64,000 bases of DNA from Nannocystales bacterium (GCA_050633305.1 JBOEGF010000032.1:160001-224000); one strand, 5' to 3'. Shown: positions 20,470-33,755, counted from the stretch's first letter. Numbers and translations are program-made. Notes: generated by a model from the letters alone, not told the origin.

Positions 20470-21148
20470 TGCGAACCCTCGCTGGCCCCAGTCGCTCTCG
20501 GGCATGGGCTGCGATGGTGAACTCCCGCTTGCCCTCGGTCGGTCCCGGGAGCGTCCCGACGAACAAGCCGACCGCGGCGAGGTTGCGCCGGATCCACCCC
20601 GCCGAGCTGTAGGTGACCAAACGGCCCCCCGGTGCCAGGGCCTTCGCGGCGACTCGGCTCACCTCGACGCTCCAGCTCTCGGGCTCCGCTTCGGGGCCGA
20701 AGGGGTCCAGCCACACCGCATCGAACGTCCCCGGAGGTGCAAAGTCCTCGAACTCGCCACGATGAATCGTCAGCGAGACCCGCTCCTGGTCGGCGGACCC
20801 GTGTTCCGTCGCGCCGACCGCGAGCCCGTGGGCGACCGGGTCGAAACTGGGGAGCATCGAGGCAGGCACCCTCGCACGCTCCACGGCGTGGACTTCGAGC
20901 TCCTGCACGCCCGCAGACCTAGCCGCGGACACCAAAGCCGCGAAGTTCGTTCCGACCCCAAAGCCGAACTCGAGCACGCGAATCCGCGCCTGGCCGAGCA
21001 CATCCGCCCCCCGTACGAAGACGTGCTCAGCCTCGCACAGCGCCCCCCGGTCGGATCGATAGGTCCAACCGGTGTCCGCTCGCGCCAGCGTAGGCGATCC
21101 GTCCCCGGTGGTGAGGACCCGCAGCGCGTGAGGTGCCAGCGTGGTCAC
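20456..21148 (-). CDS. mnmD: tRNA mnm5s2U34 methyltransferase (MnmC N-terminal/MnmD)
   Basis: TGDGSPTL, Y.S..GA..EAEHVF, LEFGFGVGTN, DAVWLDPFGP, TYSSAG, GKRE. Confidence 0.85.
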   Translation of the reverse strand: MTTLAPHALRVLTTGDGSPTLARADTGWTYRSDRGALCEAEHVFVRGADVLGQARIRVLEFGFGVGTNFAALVSAARSAGVQELEVHAVERARVPASMLPSFDPVAHGLAVGATEHGSADQERVSLTIHRGEFEDFAPPGTFDAVWLDPFGPEAEPESWSVEVSRVAAKALAPGGRLVTYSSAGWIRRNLAAVGLFVGTLPGPTEGKREFTIAAHARERLGPARVRNVPA

Positions 21149-21324
21149 GGGAGCGCACCAAGCTAGCAGCCTGCCGCAAAACCCGCGAGACCGGGAGACG
21201 CCGCCTGGCTCACATCTGGTACGGGCGCAACACGCACGGTGACGTCGACGTGACAGCCTCCCGCACCGCTTGACAGCGATGGGCGCCGACCGGAGGCTGC
21301 GTCCGTTGGGAGGGCTCACGCCCC

Positions 21325-24300
21325 ATGCTTCGTCGCTCTGTTGCCATTACCACTTCGCTTCTCGCACTCACTGCAGGCCCCATCGGCTGCGGTGATGACA
21401 CCGCCTCCGCCTCCGAAGGCTCGACCGGGTCGACCACGGACGGCCCGTCAACCGACCCGACCATGGGAACGACCGGCGTCGACACGACGTCGGGTCCAGA
21501 CACGACGGGTTCAACAGACCCCGACACGGGTAGCTCCGGCGAGACGGGGAACGACACCGACACCGGCATCGACCCCCCGGAGCCACCCGAAGGCATCGTG
21601 GTCGAATGCGACAATGACATCCCCGCGGCACCGCGCGGCGAGGTCTGCGTTGGCACCGCCGGCTCGGGCAACGCGACCCTGATTCGCGGCACCGTGCTCG
21701 CCGGTCAGACCATCTACGAGACCGGGACGATGCTGCTCGAAGGGGATCGCATCACCTGCGTCGGCTGCGACTGTGCCGATGAGGCGCCGCAAGACGCAGC
21801 AACCCTGGACTGTGCCGAGGGCGTCGTCTCGCCCGGGTTGGTCAACCCGCACGACCACATCACGTTCTCCCTCTCGCAGCCTCAACCCCACGGGGACGAG
21901 CGCTACGACCACCGCCACGAGTGGCGCCGCGGCTTCAACGGCCACACCGAGATCGACACCTACCCCGGCTCGAACAACTCGACCGAGGGCGTCTTGTACG
22001 GCGAGCTTCGGATGTTGTTTGGCGCGGCCACCAGCATCTCGGGCTCTGGTTCAGCCTCGGGCCTGCTGCGGAACCTGGACCGCGGGAACGACACGGAAGG
22101 TCTCTCCGGCGTCGATGTCGAGTACTCGACGTTCCCGCTCGGCGACAGCGACGGCACCCTGCTGAGTCAGGGCTGTGCGTACCCGTTCATCGAGGGCGTC
22201 GGCGCCCTCAATGCATCGGCCTACATGCCGCACATCGCCGAAGGCATCACCGACGACGCGAACAACGAGTTCACGTGCCTGAGCGGACAGCCTGGCAACG
22301 ACCTCATCGAGTCGAACACCGCCGTGATTCACGGCATCGGCGTCCGCCCCACCGACATCCGCGAGATGGCCGATGTGGGCGCCAAGCTGGTGTGGTCGCC
22401 CCGGTCCAACATCGACCTCTACGGCATCACCGCCGACGTCCTCGCCTACCACCACCAAGGTGTCGGCATCGCTCTGGGCACCGACTGGTCGGCCTCGGGT
22501 TCGATGAACGTCATGCGCGAGCTCGCGTGCGCCGCCTACCTCAACGAGAACCACTACGACGGCGCGTTCTCGGACTACGAGTTGTGGATGATGTCCACCT
22601 ACTGGGCGGCCGCCTCCCAAGGTGCCGGTTCCCAGATCGGTCTGCTCGCCCCCGGCTTCGTCGCCGATGTCTCCATCTTCGATGGCAGCGAGAACCCGGA
22701 CTACCGAGCGATCATTGAAGGGCAGCCCAGCGACGTTGCGTTGGTGCTCCGCGGCGGCATGCCCCTGTTTGGCTCCGCGGCGGTCGTCGAGTCCCTCGTC
22801 GCAGCCGAAGACCTCGGCGGCTGTGAGACGCTCGACATGTGCGGCACCGACAAGCGCGTCTGCGTCGAGCTGGACACGGGCCTCACGCTCGCGCAGATCA
22901 CCGGCGCGGTGAACCCGGACAGCTACGACCTGTTCGCCTGCGATACGCCGGATCTGGAGCCCAGCTGCAACCCGTTCCGCGAGATGGAGTTCCCCGCGCG
23001 TGCCGGCGTGACCGACGCAGACGGCGACGGGATCGCCGACGCCGACGACAACTGCCCCAGCGTCTTCAACCCGCTTCGTCCCATGGATGGTGGACAGCAG
23101 GCTGACGAAGACCAGGACAACATCGGTGATGCATGCGACCTGTGTGCACTCGAGCCCGGTGATGACTGCGAGGTTCCCGACCCGCTCGACGCTGACGGCG
23201 ACGGCGTGGGCGCAACCGAGGACAACTGCCCGGTCGACGAAAACCCCGACCAGGCCGACGGAGACGAGGACGGCGTAGGCGACGAATGTGACGCCTGCCC
23301 AGACGTCCCCAACCCCGGCAATGGTCCCTGCCCGGCGGGTATCTACGAGATCAAGGACGGCACGCTGCCCGAAGGCACCGCGGTGCTGCTCCAAGACAAG
23401 GTCGTGACCGCAGCCGCACCAGGGTTCGGCTTCTTCATGCAAGCGCACCCCGACGATGCCGACTACGTGGGCGTCGACTACAGCGCGGTCTTCGTCTACG
23501 TCGGTGGTGATTTCACCGCGACCGAAGGCGACCGCGTGACCGTGAGCGGAGCCGTTCAGGGCTTCTTCGGCCAAACCCAGCTCGTCCTCTCCGGGACCGA
23601 AACGATCGAGTCTTCGGGCAACGACCTGCCGGACTTCGAGCCCGCGACGGTCGCGGACCTCGTCGAGGGAGGCACCCGCCAAGAGGAGCTGGAAGGAGCC
23701 CTCGTTGTGATCACCGACCTCGAGGTCACCGACATCGACCCGGCGCCCGGGCCCGGTGACGGCGCGCCGACTCAAGAGTTCGAGGTCGAAGGCGGTCTGC
23801 GGGTCAACGACCTGTTCTTCTTGTTCGACCCCTTCCCCACCGTTGGGCAAAACTACCCGCAGCTCTCCGGCGTCGTCCGTTGGGCCAACGACTACAGCAA
23901 GCTCGAGCCCCGCGGTCCTGCGGACCTTCCGATCACCCTCGCCGGCTTCGGCCCCGACGGGTTCATCGAAGTTGGTCAGACGGCTGTGCCGACCCCAGGG
24001 CTCAGCGTTCAGCTGACCACCAACGCGGCGGTGGATACCGTCGTCGCCCTCACCTACGAAGACGCCGCGATCGTCACCGGTCCGGTCTCGGTCACGGTCC
24101 CAATGGGCAGCTCCAGCGTCGACGTGGCACTCACCGGGGTCGCCAGCGGCACCGCGGGGGTCACCGCGTCCCTCGACGGGACCATGCTCACGGCCTCGAT
24201 TCAGGCCTACTCCGACGCGGATCCCCGTATCCCGACCCTCGACCCGTCAAACCTCGACGTGTCGATCTCCGCCACCGGCACTCTCACGGTCAACCTGAAC

Positions 24301-25050
24301 CTGCCCGCCCCGGCGGGCGGTCAAACGGTCGACCTCTCGAGCGCACCGGGGACCTTCGCCACCGTTCCGGCCAACGTGGTCGTGCCTGTGGGTACCCTGT
24401 CGACGACGTTCTCAGTGACCGCAGGGGACACCGCAGGCACGGAGACCGTAACCGCCGACATCGCGGGTGCGACCTCCGACGCGACGATCAACGTGGTGGA
24501 CACGCCCTCAGTCGGGCTCGTCATCGCCGAGTTCTACTACGACCATCCGGGCGGCGACGACGGCTTCGAATGGGTCAAGCTGTTCAACGGAACCGGGTCC
24601 ACCGTGGACCTCTCCGGGTACTCGCTCGCGTGGGGCGGCAACGACTACACCTACGGCCAACTGCAACTGGTCGGAACCATCGATCCGGGCGCGTGTTTCC
24701 TGGTCGGGGGTCCCAGCGGTGATGCCGACAGTGGCTTTGCAGGGGTTCCGGCCTTCGATCAAGCCGAGGTCTTTACGCCGAACGCCCAGAACTCCGGCGA
24801 CACCGCCGATGCGATGGCACTCTTCGACGTGCCCGCAGCCTCGATCAACGGCGCCACCGTGCCGCTCGACGCTGTCATCTACGGCGGTAACAATGCCAGC
24901 GGGCTCCTCGACGAGACCGGAGTCGCCGGGCTTGTCGACGTTGCCGATGCCGGCTCGGGTGAGTCGGTCGTGCTTCAAGACGACCTGAGCTGGGGCATCC
25001 TATTGGACCCCACGCCCACGCAGTGCCTGCCGTTCCCCTCCGCGGGATGA
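21325..25050 (+). CDS. Amidohydrolase-family lipoprotein with TSP type-3 repeats, OB/Ig-like modules and a lamin-tail domain
   Basis: PIGC lipobox; PGLVNPHDH, HIAEG, IHG, LGTDW; DADGDGIADADDNCP repeats; LVIAEFYYD...EWVKLFN...VDLSGY. Confidence 0.85.
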   Translation: MLRRSVAITTSLLALTAGPIGCGDDTASASEGSTGSTTDGPSTDPTMGTTGVDTTSGPDTTGSTDPDTGSSGETGNDTDTGIDPPEPPEGIVVECDNDIPAAPRGEVCVGTAGSGNATLIRGTVLAGQTIYETGTMLLEGDRITCVGCDCADEAPQDAATLDCAEGVVSPGLVNPHDHITFSLSQPQPHGDERYDHRHEWRRGFNGHTEIDTYPGSNNSTEGVLYGELRMLFGAATSISGSGSASGLLRNLDRGNDTEGLSGVDVEYSTFPLGDSDGTLLSQGCAYPFIEGVGALNASAYMPHIAEGITDDANNEFTCLSGQPGNDLIESNTAVIHGIGVRPTDIREMADVGAKLVWSPRSNIDLYGITADVLAYHHQGVGIALGTDWSASGSMNVMRELACAAYLNENHYDGAFSDYELWMMSTYWAAASQGAGSQIGLLAPGFVADVSIFDGSENPDYRAIIEGQPSDVALVLRGGMPLFGSAAVVESLVAAEDLGGCETLDMCGTDKRVCVELDTGLTLAQITGAVNPDSYDLFACDTPDLEPSCNPFREMEFPARAGVTDADGDGIADADDNCPSVFNPLRPMDGGQQADEDQDNIGDACDLCALEPGDDCEVPDPLDADGDGVGATEDNCPVDENPDQADGDEDGVGDECDACPDVPNPGNGPCPAGIYEIKDGTLPEGTAVLLQDKVVTAAAPGFGFFMQAHPDDADYVGVDYSAVFVYVGGDFTATEGDRVTVSGAVQGFFGQTQLVLSGTETIESSGNDLPDFEPATVADLVEGGTRQEELEGALVVITDLEVTDIDPAPGPGDGAPTQEFEVEGGLRVNDLFFLFDPFPTVGQNYPQLSGVVRWANDYSKLEPRGPADLPITLAGFGPDGFIEVGQTAVPTPGLSVQLTTNAAVDTVVALTYEDAAIVTGPVSVTVPMGSSSVDVALTGVASGTAGVTASLDGTMLTASIQAYSDADPRIPTLDPSNLDVSISATGTLTVNLNLPAPAGGQTVDLSSAPGTFATVPANVVVPVGTLSTTFSVTAGDTAGTETVTADIAGATSDATINVVDTPSVGLVIAEFYYDHPGGDDGFEWVKLFNGTGSTVDLSGYSLAWGGNDYTYGQLQLVGTIDPGACFLVGGPSGDADSGFAGVPAFDQAEVFTPNAQNSGDTADAMALFDVPAASINGATVPLDAVIYGGNNASGLLDETGVAGLVDVADAGSGESVVLQDDLSWGILLDPTPTQCLPFPSAG

Positions 25051-25601
25051 CGGTCGGCACAGACACGCTCCGAGCGTTCGAGCGCGCCCGCTGGGCCCGG
25101 CAGGTTGAAGTCCTGCGGGCCTGGCTGGCGTCGCTGCCCGACGTGGAGCCACACGCAGACGCACTTCGTTGCGCCTTCGCAGGATCCGACACACCCAATG
25201 CAGCGACCGCGCAGATGCGGTTCGACCTCGCGCGCGACCGACACCGGCTGCATGCCGCGATCGGCGGGAAGACCCCCTCAGCGGTCGACCCGGCGCATGC
25301 CTACCCGTCCCCCGAAGCGTTCGCGCGGGACGAGGCCGCACATACGCTGGACAACGCCGTGGTGTTCTCCCACCGAGCTCTTGCAGCACAGACGCGGGTC
25401 GATTGCGGTGCCCAAGTGGAGCGGGCTCAGCGGTGGATTCAGCGTCTGCGCTGGGAGTTGGTCGACACGGGACTCGACGTGGCGCTCCCGCTGAGTCTCA
25501 GCGCCGATGTTGTTGCCACAGATCTCCTGGGCGCGAAACGGATCATCGAGCGTGTTCAGACCACGCTCGCGGACGTCCGCGAACGGCTCACGGCCGTGTA
25601 A
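25047..25601 (+). CDS. Hypothetical protein
   Basis: ATGA overlap with the upstream gene; helical composition. Confidence 0.55.
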   Translation: MTVGTDTLRAFERARWARQVEVLRAWLASLPDVEPHADALRCAFAGSDTPNAATAQMRFDLARDRHRLHAAIGGKTPSAVDPAHAYPSPEAFARDEAAHTLDNAVVFSHRALAAQTRVDCGAQVERAQRWIQRLRWELVDTGLDVALPLSLSADVVATDLLGAKRIIERVQTTLADVRERLTAV

Positions 25602-25716
25602 GCCCACGGGCCAGATCGACACCACCGAGTTCCCAGATCGGGAAGTCGGCACCCAGCACGATCGCTGGATCACGGGTTCCGGACTTGGCGCGATTCCTGC
25701 TTTGTCGGTCGGCAGG

Positions 25717-27468
25717 ATGCAACAAGCGACGCACTCATCCCAGTTCTGCGGCAGCTGCGGCGGGGAAAACCCAGCCGAGGCGATCCGGTGCGTGCACTGT
25801 TCCGACGTCCTCGACCCCACGTTCGAGACGCCCGCCGCGGCAGCACCTCCAATGGAAAACCGCATCATCGCGGTCGTGGGCGCCGTCGCGGTTGTGCTCG
25901 TTCTGCTCCTCCATACCGTGGGTCTCGGCTTCTCGATGCGGCTGCTGCCAGCGGCAGCGTTGGACGGCGAGCTCGAATCGCGGATGACCGCGCTGGTCGA
26001 CGACGGCGTCCTTGAGCCGTCGCAGGCCCAGCTGCTGACCGCCGAGCTCGCAATCGAGTGGGCCGCACGCGCGGAGCTGGAGCGCGGCAACCTCACCGAG
26101 ATGGAAGCGATCGCCTTGCGCGAACGACTTCCACCCGAGGACCAGAGCACGGTCATCGGTGTGCACGGCATTTTCGGGCTCCTCCCGATCTTCGTCTCGT
26201 TTCTCGTGGCAGGGGTCGCGGGTACGGCGGTCGCGCGCGGCCGTCGGGTTCGCGAGGTTGCTCTGGGGCTGCTCGCTGCGTCGGTGCTGCAGTTCATCCT
26301 GTGGATGTGGAGCGTGGAGTTCGATGTTGCCGCGCTGGTCGGCGGACGGTTGCTCATGGCTGGGCCCGGTCCGGCCTTCACCGGTGGCCCGGTGTTGCTG
26401 CTCGCGGTGTCGGTCATCGGCTCGCTCGCGGCGGCCTCGGGCTTGGGCTACGCGGTCGGACTGGGCCTCGACCAGGCGCAAGGCAAAGCAGACTGCCCCC
26501 ACTGTGGGCATGTTTTCGTGCGCGCCAAGGGGCAGCTTCAGTGCCCGTCGTGTACGCGGCCGTTGGATGCCCAGCCCCAGGGTGCCGTGGTTGGGCCCGG
26601 AGGCATGACACGCGCCGAGACCGGGGCGGCTGAGCTGCTGTGCATCCAATGCGCCAAAACCTACGCAGCAGACACCTGCCCGGTTCACACCGATGAGCCG
26701 CTGTTGGATCCCAGACGCGATGCGGTTCGTTTTCAGCTCCTCGACCTCGACACCCAGGCCGGCACCACTCGCTTCGCACGCTGGACCGAAGGACTCGGTG
26801 CCGCGGGCGGGGCCGAGGCGGCGCGTCCCGAGGGGGGAGTGTGTATGGAGTGCGCCAAAGCCTATCCGAGCGCGGCTTGCCCGTTGCACCCCGACGAGCC
26901 GTTGCTCGACCCCTCACGCGAAGAGGTCCGCCTGGAGATGGAAGAAGCCGACGATCGCCGACGCCGTCAGGTGGGGTCGCGGTTGATGTTCGGCGCGTTC
27001 GGCCTCGCGGCGTCGGCCATGGTGGGTTTGGCGAGCCTCATCGACCTGGACGGCTCGCTGATGATCTCCGGGTTCGCCGGGAGTCTCGTCGGGCTCATCG
27101 CCGTGGCCCGAGTCCTCACCCCCGCCCTGAGTCCTCCGCGCTTCGGGGCTTGGACCGGCTCCGCCCCCATCGACGGCGACGCGTTGGCCCACAGCGCACG
27201 GCAGGAGTTGCTCGAGCCCCTACGCCGCGGGCTTCAGCGCGTGCTCGCCAGGATGAAGTGGCTGGCCATCGCGAGCATCGTTGGCGGTGCCCTTGGAGCC
27301 GGACTCGCGTTCGGTCTCACGTGGCCCGTGGGCCTGGGTGCACTCTTGGGCGTGCTGGTCGGCGCCCTCGGATTCGTCGTGTACTCGACCGTTGTCGACA
27401 CGGGCGCCGAGCTTCGAGATGCAGCGGCGAGCGCTGCCAAGGAGTGGCGCGACCCCTACTCGTCCTGA
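25717..27468 (+). CDS. Multi-pass membrane protein with four zinc-finger/ribbon motifs
   Basis: CGSC...CVHC, CPHC...CPSC, two CxxC-x7-CPxH motifs; multiple TM segments. Confidence 0.75.
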   Translation: MQQATHSSQFCGSCGGENPAEAIRCVHCSDVLDPTFETPAAAAPPMENRIIAVVGAVAVVLVLLLHTVGLGFSMRLLPAAALDGELESRMTALVDDGVLEPSQAQLLTAELAIEWAARAELERGNLTEMEAIALRERLPPEDQSTVIGVHGIFGLLPIFVSFLVAGVAGTAVARGRRVREVALGLLAASVLQFILWMWSVEFDVAALVGGRLLMAGPGPAFTGGPVLLLAVSVIGSLAAASGLGYAVGLGLDQAQGKADCPHCGHVFVRAKGQLQCPSCTRPLDAQPQGAVVGPGGMTRAETGAAELLCIQCAKTYAADTCPVHTDEPLLDPRRDAVRFQLLDLDTQAGTTRFARWTEGLGAAGGAEAARPEGGVCMECAKAYPSAACPLHPDEPLLDPSREEVRLEMEEADDRRRRQVGSRLMFGAFGLAASAMVGLASLIDLDGSLMISGFAGSLVGLIAVARVLTPALSPPRFGAWTGSAPIDGDALAHSARQELLEPLRRGLQRVLARMKWLAIASIVGGALGAGLAFGLTWPVGLGALLGVLVGALGFVVYSTVVDTGAELRDAAASAAKEWRDPYSS

Positions 27469-27799
27469 CCCGTTCTCAGCCGCCGACCAAGGCCGCAGCC
27501 ACCGGGATCTGATCCGTGAGTCGTCCACGCGGATAGCGGTAGAGCGTATCCGGCGTCATCGGCCGGGCCCGAGCGCGGGCGTAGTGGCGCACGTAGTTCT
27601 CGGCCAGCCGCTCCGTATCGACCGGAGCCCAGAGGCCGGCTTCAAGGGCAGCGAACGAGGGGAGTTCCGCGAAGGAGCGAGCCATGTCCCGACCATGGCA
27701 GGCCAAGATCAGGCGTCCAAAAAAGCGACAGTGGTGTCAGACCCATTGACCCGAAACGGAACGCAGTCCGGATCGGGGCTTCCGGAGTTCCGGACAGAC

Positions 27800-29212
27800 T
27801 CAGCCCGGCGGGTTGATCACCAGGTCGAGACCCGACCCCGAGAAGTCCGAATATGTATAGGGCGACGTGAGGCCCGTAACCGTGGCGGCGATCGTGTATG
27901 TGTCCGGATCGACCTTCCACGCGACCGACGCGCCGCGGTCGACGACCCACACGAAACCATCACGGTCGATCGTCACGCCAACGGGGTCATTGCAACCAGG
28001 CAGCTCAATCGCATCATTGAGGACGTTGTCGTTGAGGCGATCGAACACGGCAAGGCGGCAGGGCTGGTTGCCCGCGACCCAGATCCGGTCCTCGCGGTCG
28101 ATGGCCAAGCCACGGTATCGGCCTGTGACGCCCCCGGCGTCGTGCCAGGTTTCGGTGACAGGATCGAAGCGATGCACGAAGTCGACGCCCGCCCCCGAAG
28201 TGTACGTCGCGATCCAGGGCTGCCCCTCTCCGTCCACACCCATCCCGTAGGCGTTGCTGCCGGGCACGTCCCAGGTGTCAACTTGCAGCGTCACCGCGTC
28301 GACCCGGCTCATCGTGCGTCCGGTACGGTCGGAGACCCAGAAGTCCCCCTCGGCGTTGACCGCCCCTCCATAGACGAAGCCCGTGGATGCGATGGTTGTT
28401 TCGTCGAGCACCGCTCCGGTCGCGCCATCGAGGCGCTTCACCTGCAAGGGGTTGCTGCCGTACGCGACCCAGAGCCTTGGGTTTGGGTTCGTGTTCTCGC
28501 ACGTCGACGGATCGATCGTGCCGCCCTCCCACGCGACCGCCCGTGTTCCTTGGGCAGCGGCCGGCAGCAGGTCGGCCTCCCAGAGCAAGCACTCGTCCGT
28601 GGTCCAGTCTCGAATGTCGTCGGGACCACTCGAGGTATCGATGACGCCGTTGCCGTTGCTGTCGACGCAGTCCTCCATCTCGGCGGCGATCTTCACCACC
28701 CGTGCGGCGTAGCGGAAGCCCGCCGCGATGTCCCCGAACTGGTTCACCGAAGTGCGAGAGGGCTGATCGGCTGCGGTCGGAGTGGTTCGGTAGCGCGCAA
28801 CTTCGACCGCAGTCTCGGTGTCGATCTTTGAGACCGTGCCCTCCGGTGCGTTGGCGACCCAGATGTTGCTGAAGGTCGTCCCGCCTCCGCCTCCGCCTCC
28901 GCCTCCGCCTCCGCAACCCGCGTTGCCGGCGTCGAGGGAGTGTGGCACGTCGAACTTCGGCCCATTGTCGGTGTCGTCGTCGGTGTCGTCCCCCGTGACA
29001 CCGGGCATCGTCGTCGAGGGGGTGGTCGGGTTGGCGGGGCCGGAGCCACCGTCCGTGTCGAGGGTCGTCGCCCCGTCGGTCCCCGACGAGGACTCCGTCG
29101 CACTGATCGTCCCGATGCTCGCGGTCCCCGTGTTGGAGTCATCCGCGTTTGGGTCGGAAGTGCCGCACGCAGTAAGCGCGACGGACAAGACGATGAAAGT
29201 TGAACGACGCAT
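27800..29212 (-). CDS. Lipoprotein with Vgb-like beta-propeller
   Basis: LTAC lipobox, S/T linker, IWVANAPEGTVSKIDT, PSRTSVN, PYTYSDF. Confidence 0.85.
   Translation of the reverse strand: MRRSTFIVLSVALTACGTSDPNADDSNTGTASIGTISATESSSGTDGATTLDTDGGSGPANPTTPSTTMPGVTGDDTDDDTDNGPKFDVPHSLDAGNAGCGGGGGGGGGGGTTFSNIWVANAPEGTVSKIDTETAVEVARYRTTPTAADQPSRTSVNQFGDIAAGFRYAARVVKIAAEMEDCVDSNGNGVIDTSSGPDDIRDWTTDECLLWEADLLPAAAQGTRAVAWEGGTIDPSTCENTNPNPRLWVAYGSNPLQVKRLDGATGAVLDETTIASTGFVYGGAVNAEGDFWVSDRTGRTMSRVDAVTLQVDTWDVPGSNAYGMGVDGEGQPWIATYTSGAGVDFVHRFDPVTETWHDAGGVTGRYRGLAIDREDRIWVAGNQPCRLAVFDRLNDNVLNDAIELPGCNDPVGVTIDRDGFVWVVDRGASVAWKVDPDTYTIAATVTGLTSPYTYSDFSGSGLDLVINPPG
28881..28914. repeat. (CCGCCT)5+ hexamer microsatellite encoding a poly-Gly linker
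   Basis: Seen directly; in frame within the 27800-29212 gene. Confidence 0.85.
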
Positions 29213-29339
29213 GACCACGCGATTCTGAGACACCACAATCGCGCATCTTCCCGGCCCTTCTCAAAAAAAACGAAGTCTCCGCGCGTCACGCGCTACTCGG
29301 AGAATTCCAGATGCAGCCCTGTTCGATGCCCACCGCGCC

Positions 29340-32240
<2,901 letters not shown>

Positions 32241-32605
32241 GCGGGGACCCTAGCAGCAGGTCCCCGGACACCGTGCGGTTCCCGGACGTGCCGCCGCGCG
32301 CGGCAGTTGACGGGCACGCGGCGCACCGTCCGATGTCCGACAGGGCGACCTCGAAGCGTCTTCGCGAGCCCAGCCCGCGTGAGCGGGGATTGGGAAGCCT
32401 GCGACTCTCATCGAGATCGACGGAGTGCTTCGTCACCCCCTTACCACGCAGCGTTCGAGCGCGCGACGCGGTCGTCCGCTCAACAACTGCACATCCGCCG
32501 AGCACGACGAGCACAAGACTCCACGAAAGGGTTCGTAGGATCCTTCGGCCCACGACGGACGGTACCGTGATCGGCGTGAAACGTGGGCGCCCCGACCGAA
32601 GCGCT

Positions 32606-33244
32606 TCAGAATGCCCACCCGGCGACCAGTCTCGCCGACATCGCCTGGTTCCACGGTGAGAGCCCAACATGGCCGCTGGGGAACCACGACCAATCGAGCC
32701 CGACCTCCCCACCCATCACAAGGCCAGCCTTCTCGGAGGGCGAGAACATCGCACCGAGCGCCAGCCCCATGGTCAGTCCGTGCTCGAGAACGCGTCCGAC
32801 CTCGCACGGCGCGCGGACGCAACGCAGCGTCGCGGTCCGGATCGCATACCCGGGCGCGCCCCCGACGTAGCCGAACGCCACGTCATTCTCGAGTCCGAGT
32901 CGTACGACGGGACTCAGGCGGTAGAGCTGACCGCGCGAGTTTCGAGGCCGAGTCCCGGCCGCGATGCCACCGGTGGCGACCGACGCATCCTCGGGATCGC
33001 CGAGCCATCCGTGGACCACGTGGTCGAACCCGAAACCGAGCATGGCTTTGAAGCTCGAGTCGCCGTAAAGCGACGCAAGAACCGCGGCCCCGTACGTCGG
33101 ATGCCGCGCCGGGGCTTTCTGCCCGGGCGGGGCGAGGACCTCTGCCGCCACGCCGAGCTCGACCACTCCTCGCTTCGGCGCAGGACCTGCTGGAGCCCAC
33201 ACCAACAGCCCGCCGGTGAGCACGCTTCCCAACACGAGGACCAC
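32606..33244 (-). CDS. Hypothetical outer-membrane beta-barrel-like protein
   Basis: Amphipathic strands; C-terminal aromatic residue (VAGWAF). Confidence 0.55.
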   Translation of the reverse strand: MVLVLGSVLTGGLLVWAPAGPAPKRGVVELGVAAEVLAPPGQKAPARHPTYGAAVLASLYGDSSFKAMLGFGFDHVVHGWLGDPEDASVATGGIAAGTRPRNSRGQLYRLSPVVRLGLENDVAFGYVGGAPGYAIRTATLRCVRAPCEVGRVLEHGLTMGLALGAMFSPSEKAGLVMGGEVGLDWSWFPSGHVGLSPWNQAMSARLVAGWAF

Positions 33245-33392
33245 TGTGTCGCATCCGCAGGGTCCGGCGAAATTTCTGAGCGCCGCGGGCAACGGAGTCG
33301 AGCGCGGCCCGGTGGTATAAGCCTGCCATCCGAGCCCCGCGTCACCCGAACGACGGCGGCCCCACTCCTGCCCATCGAGGAACGCGCCTGGC

Positions 33393-33755
33393 ATGACCTA
33401 CGACGAGTTCAACCGGTTCTGTGAGTCCCTTCGAGGGACCAGCTACGTCATGCAATGGGGCGGCTCGCATGTCTGGAAAGTGGGGGCAAAGGTGTTCGCC
33501 ATCGGGGGTTTGGCCGCCGACTCCCCCGCGTTCATCTTCAAGGTCGACGCGATGGACTTCGCCGTTCTGTGTGACCAGCCGGGCCTGCGCCCCGCCCCAT
33601 ACTTCGCCTCGCGTGGCATGAAGTGGGTGCAGCACTTCTCCCCCGACGGCCCGCCCGATGCGGAGCTGCGGGGGTTCCTGCAAGCGTCGCATCGCATTGT
33701 TGCGGCGGGTCTGACCCGTAAGGCTCGGCGCGAGCTGGGGTTCGAGTCCCGCTGA
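33393..33755 (+). CDS. MmcQ/YjbR family protein
   Basis: QWGGSHVWKVGAKVFA...PAPYFASRGMKWV. Confidence 0.9.
   Translation: MTYDEFNRFCESLRGTSYVMQWGGSHVWKVGAKVFAIGGLAADSPAFIFKVDAMDFAVLCDQPGLRPAPYFASRGMKWVQHFSPDGPPDAELRGFLQASHRIVAAGLTRKARRELGFESR

Noticed and set aside
23010..23340. Recurrent GACGGCGACGG-like repeats
   Set aside because: Coding TSP type-3 calcium-binding repeats, not a DNA element.
28881..28914. Phase-variation switch
   Set aside because: The unit is 6 bp, so slippage only changes linker length, not the frame.
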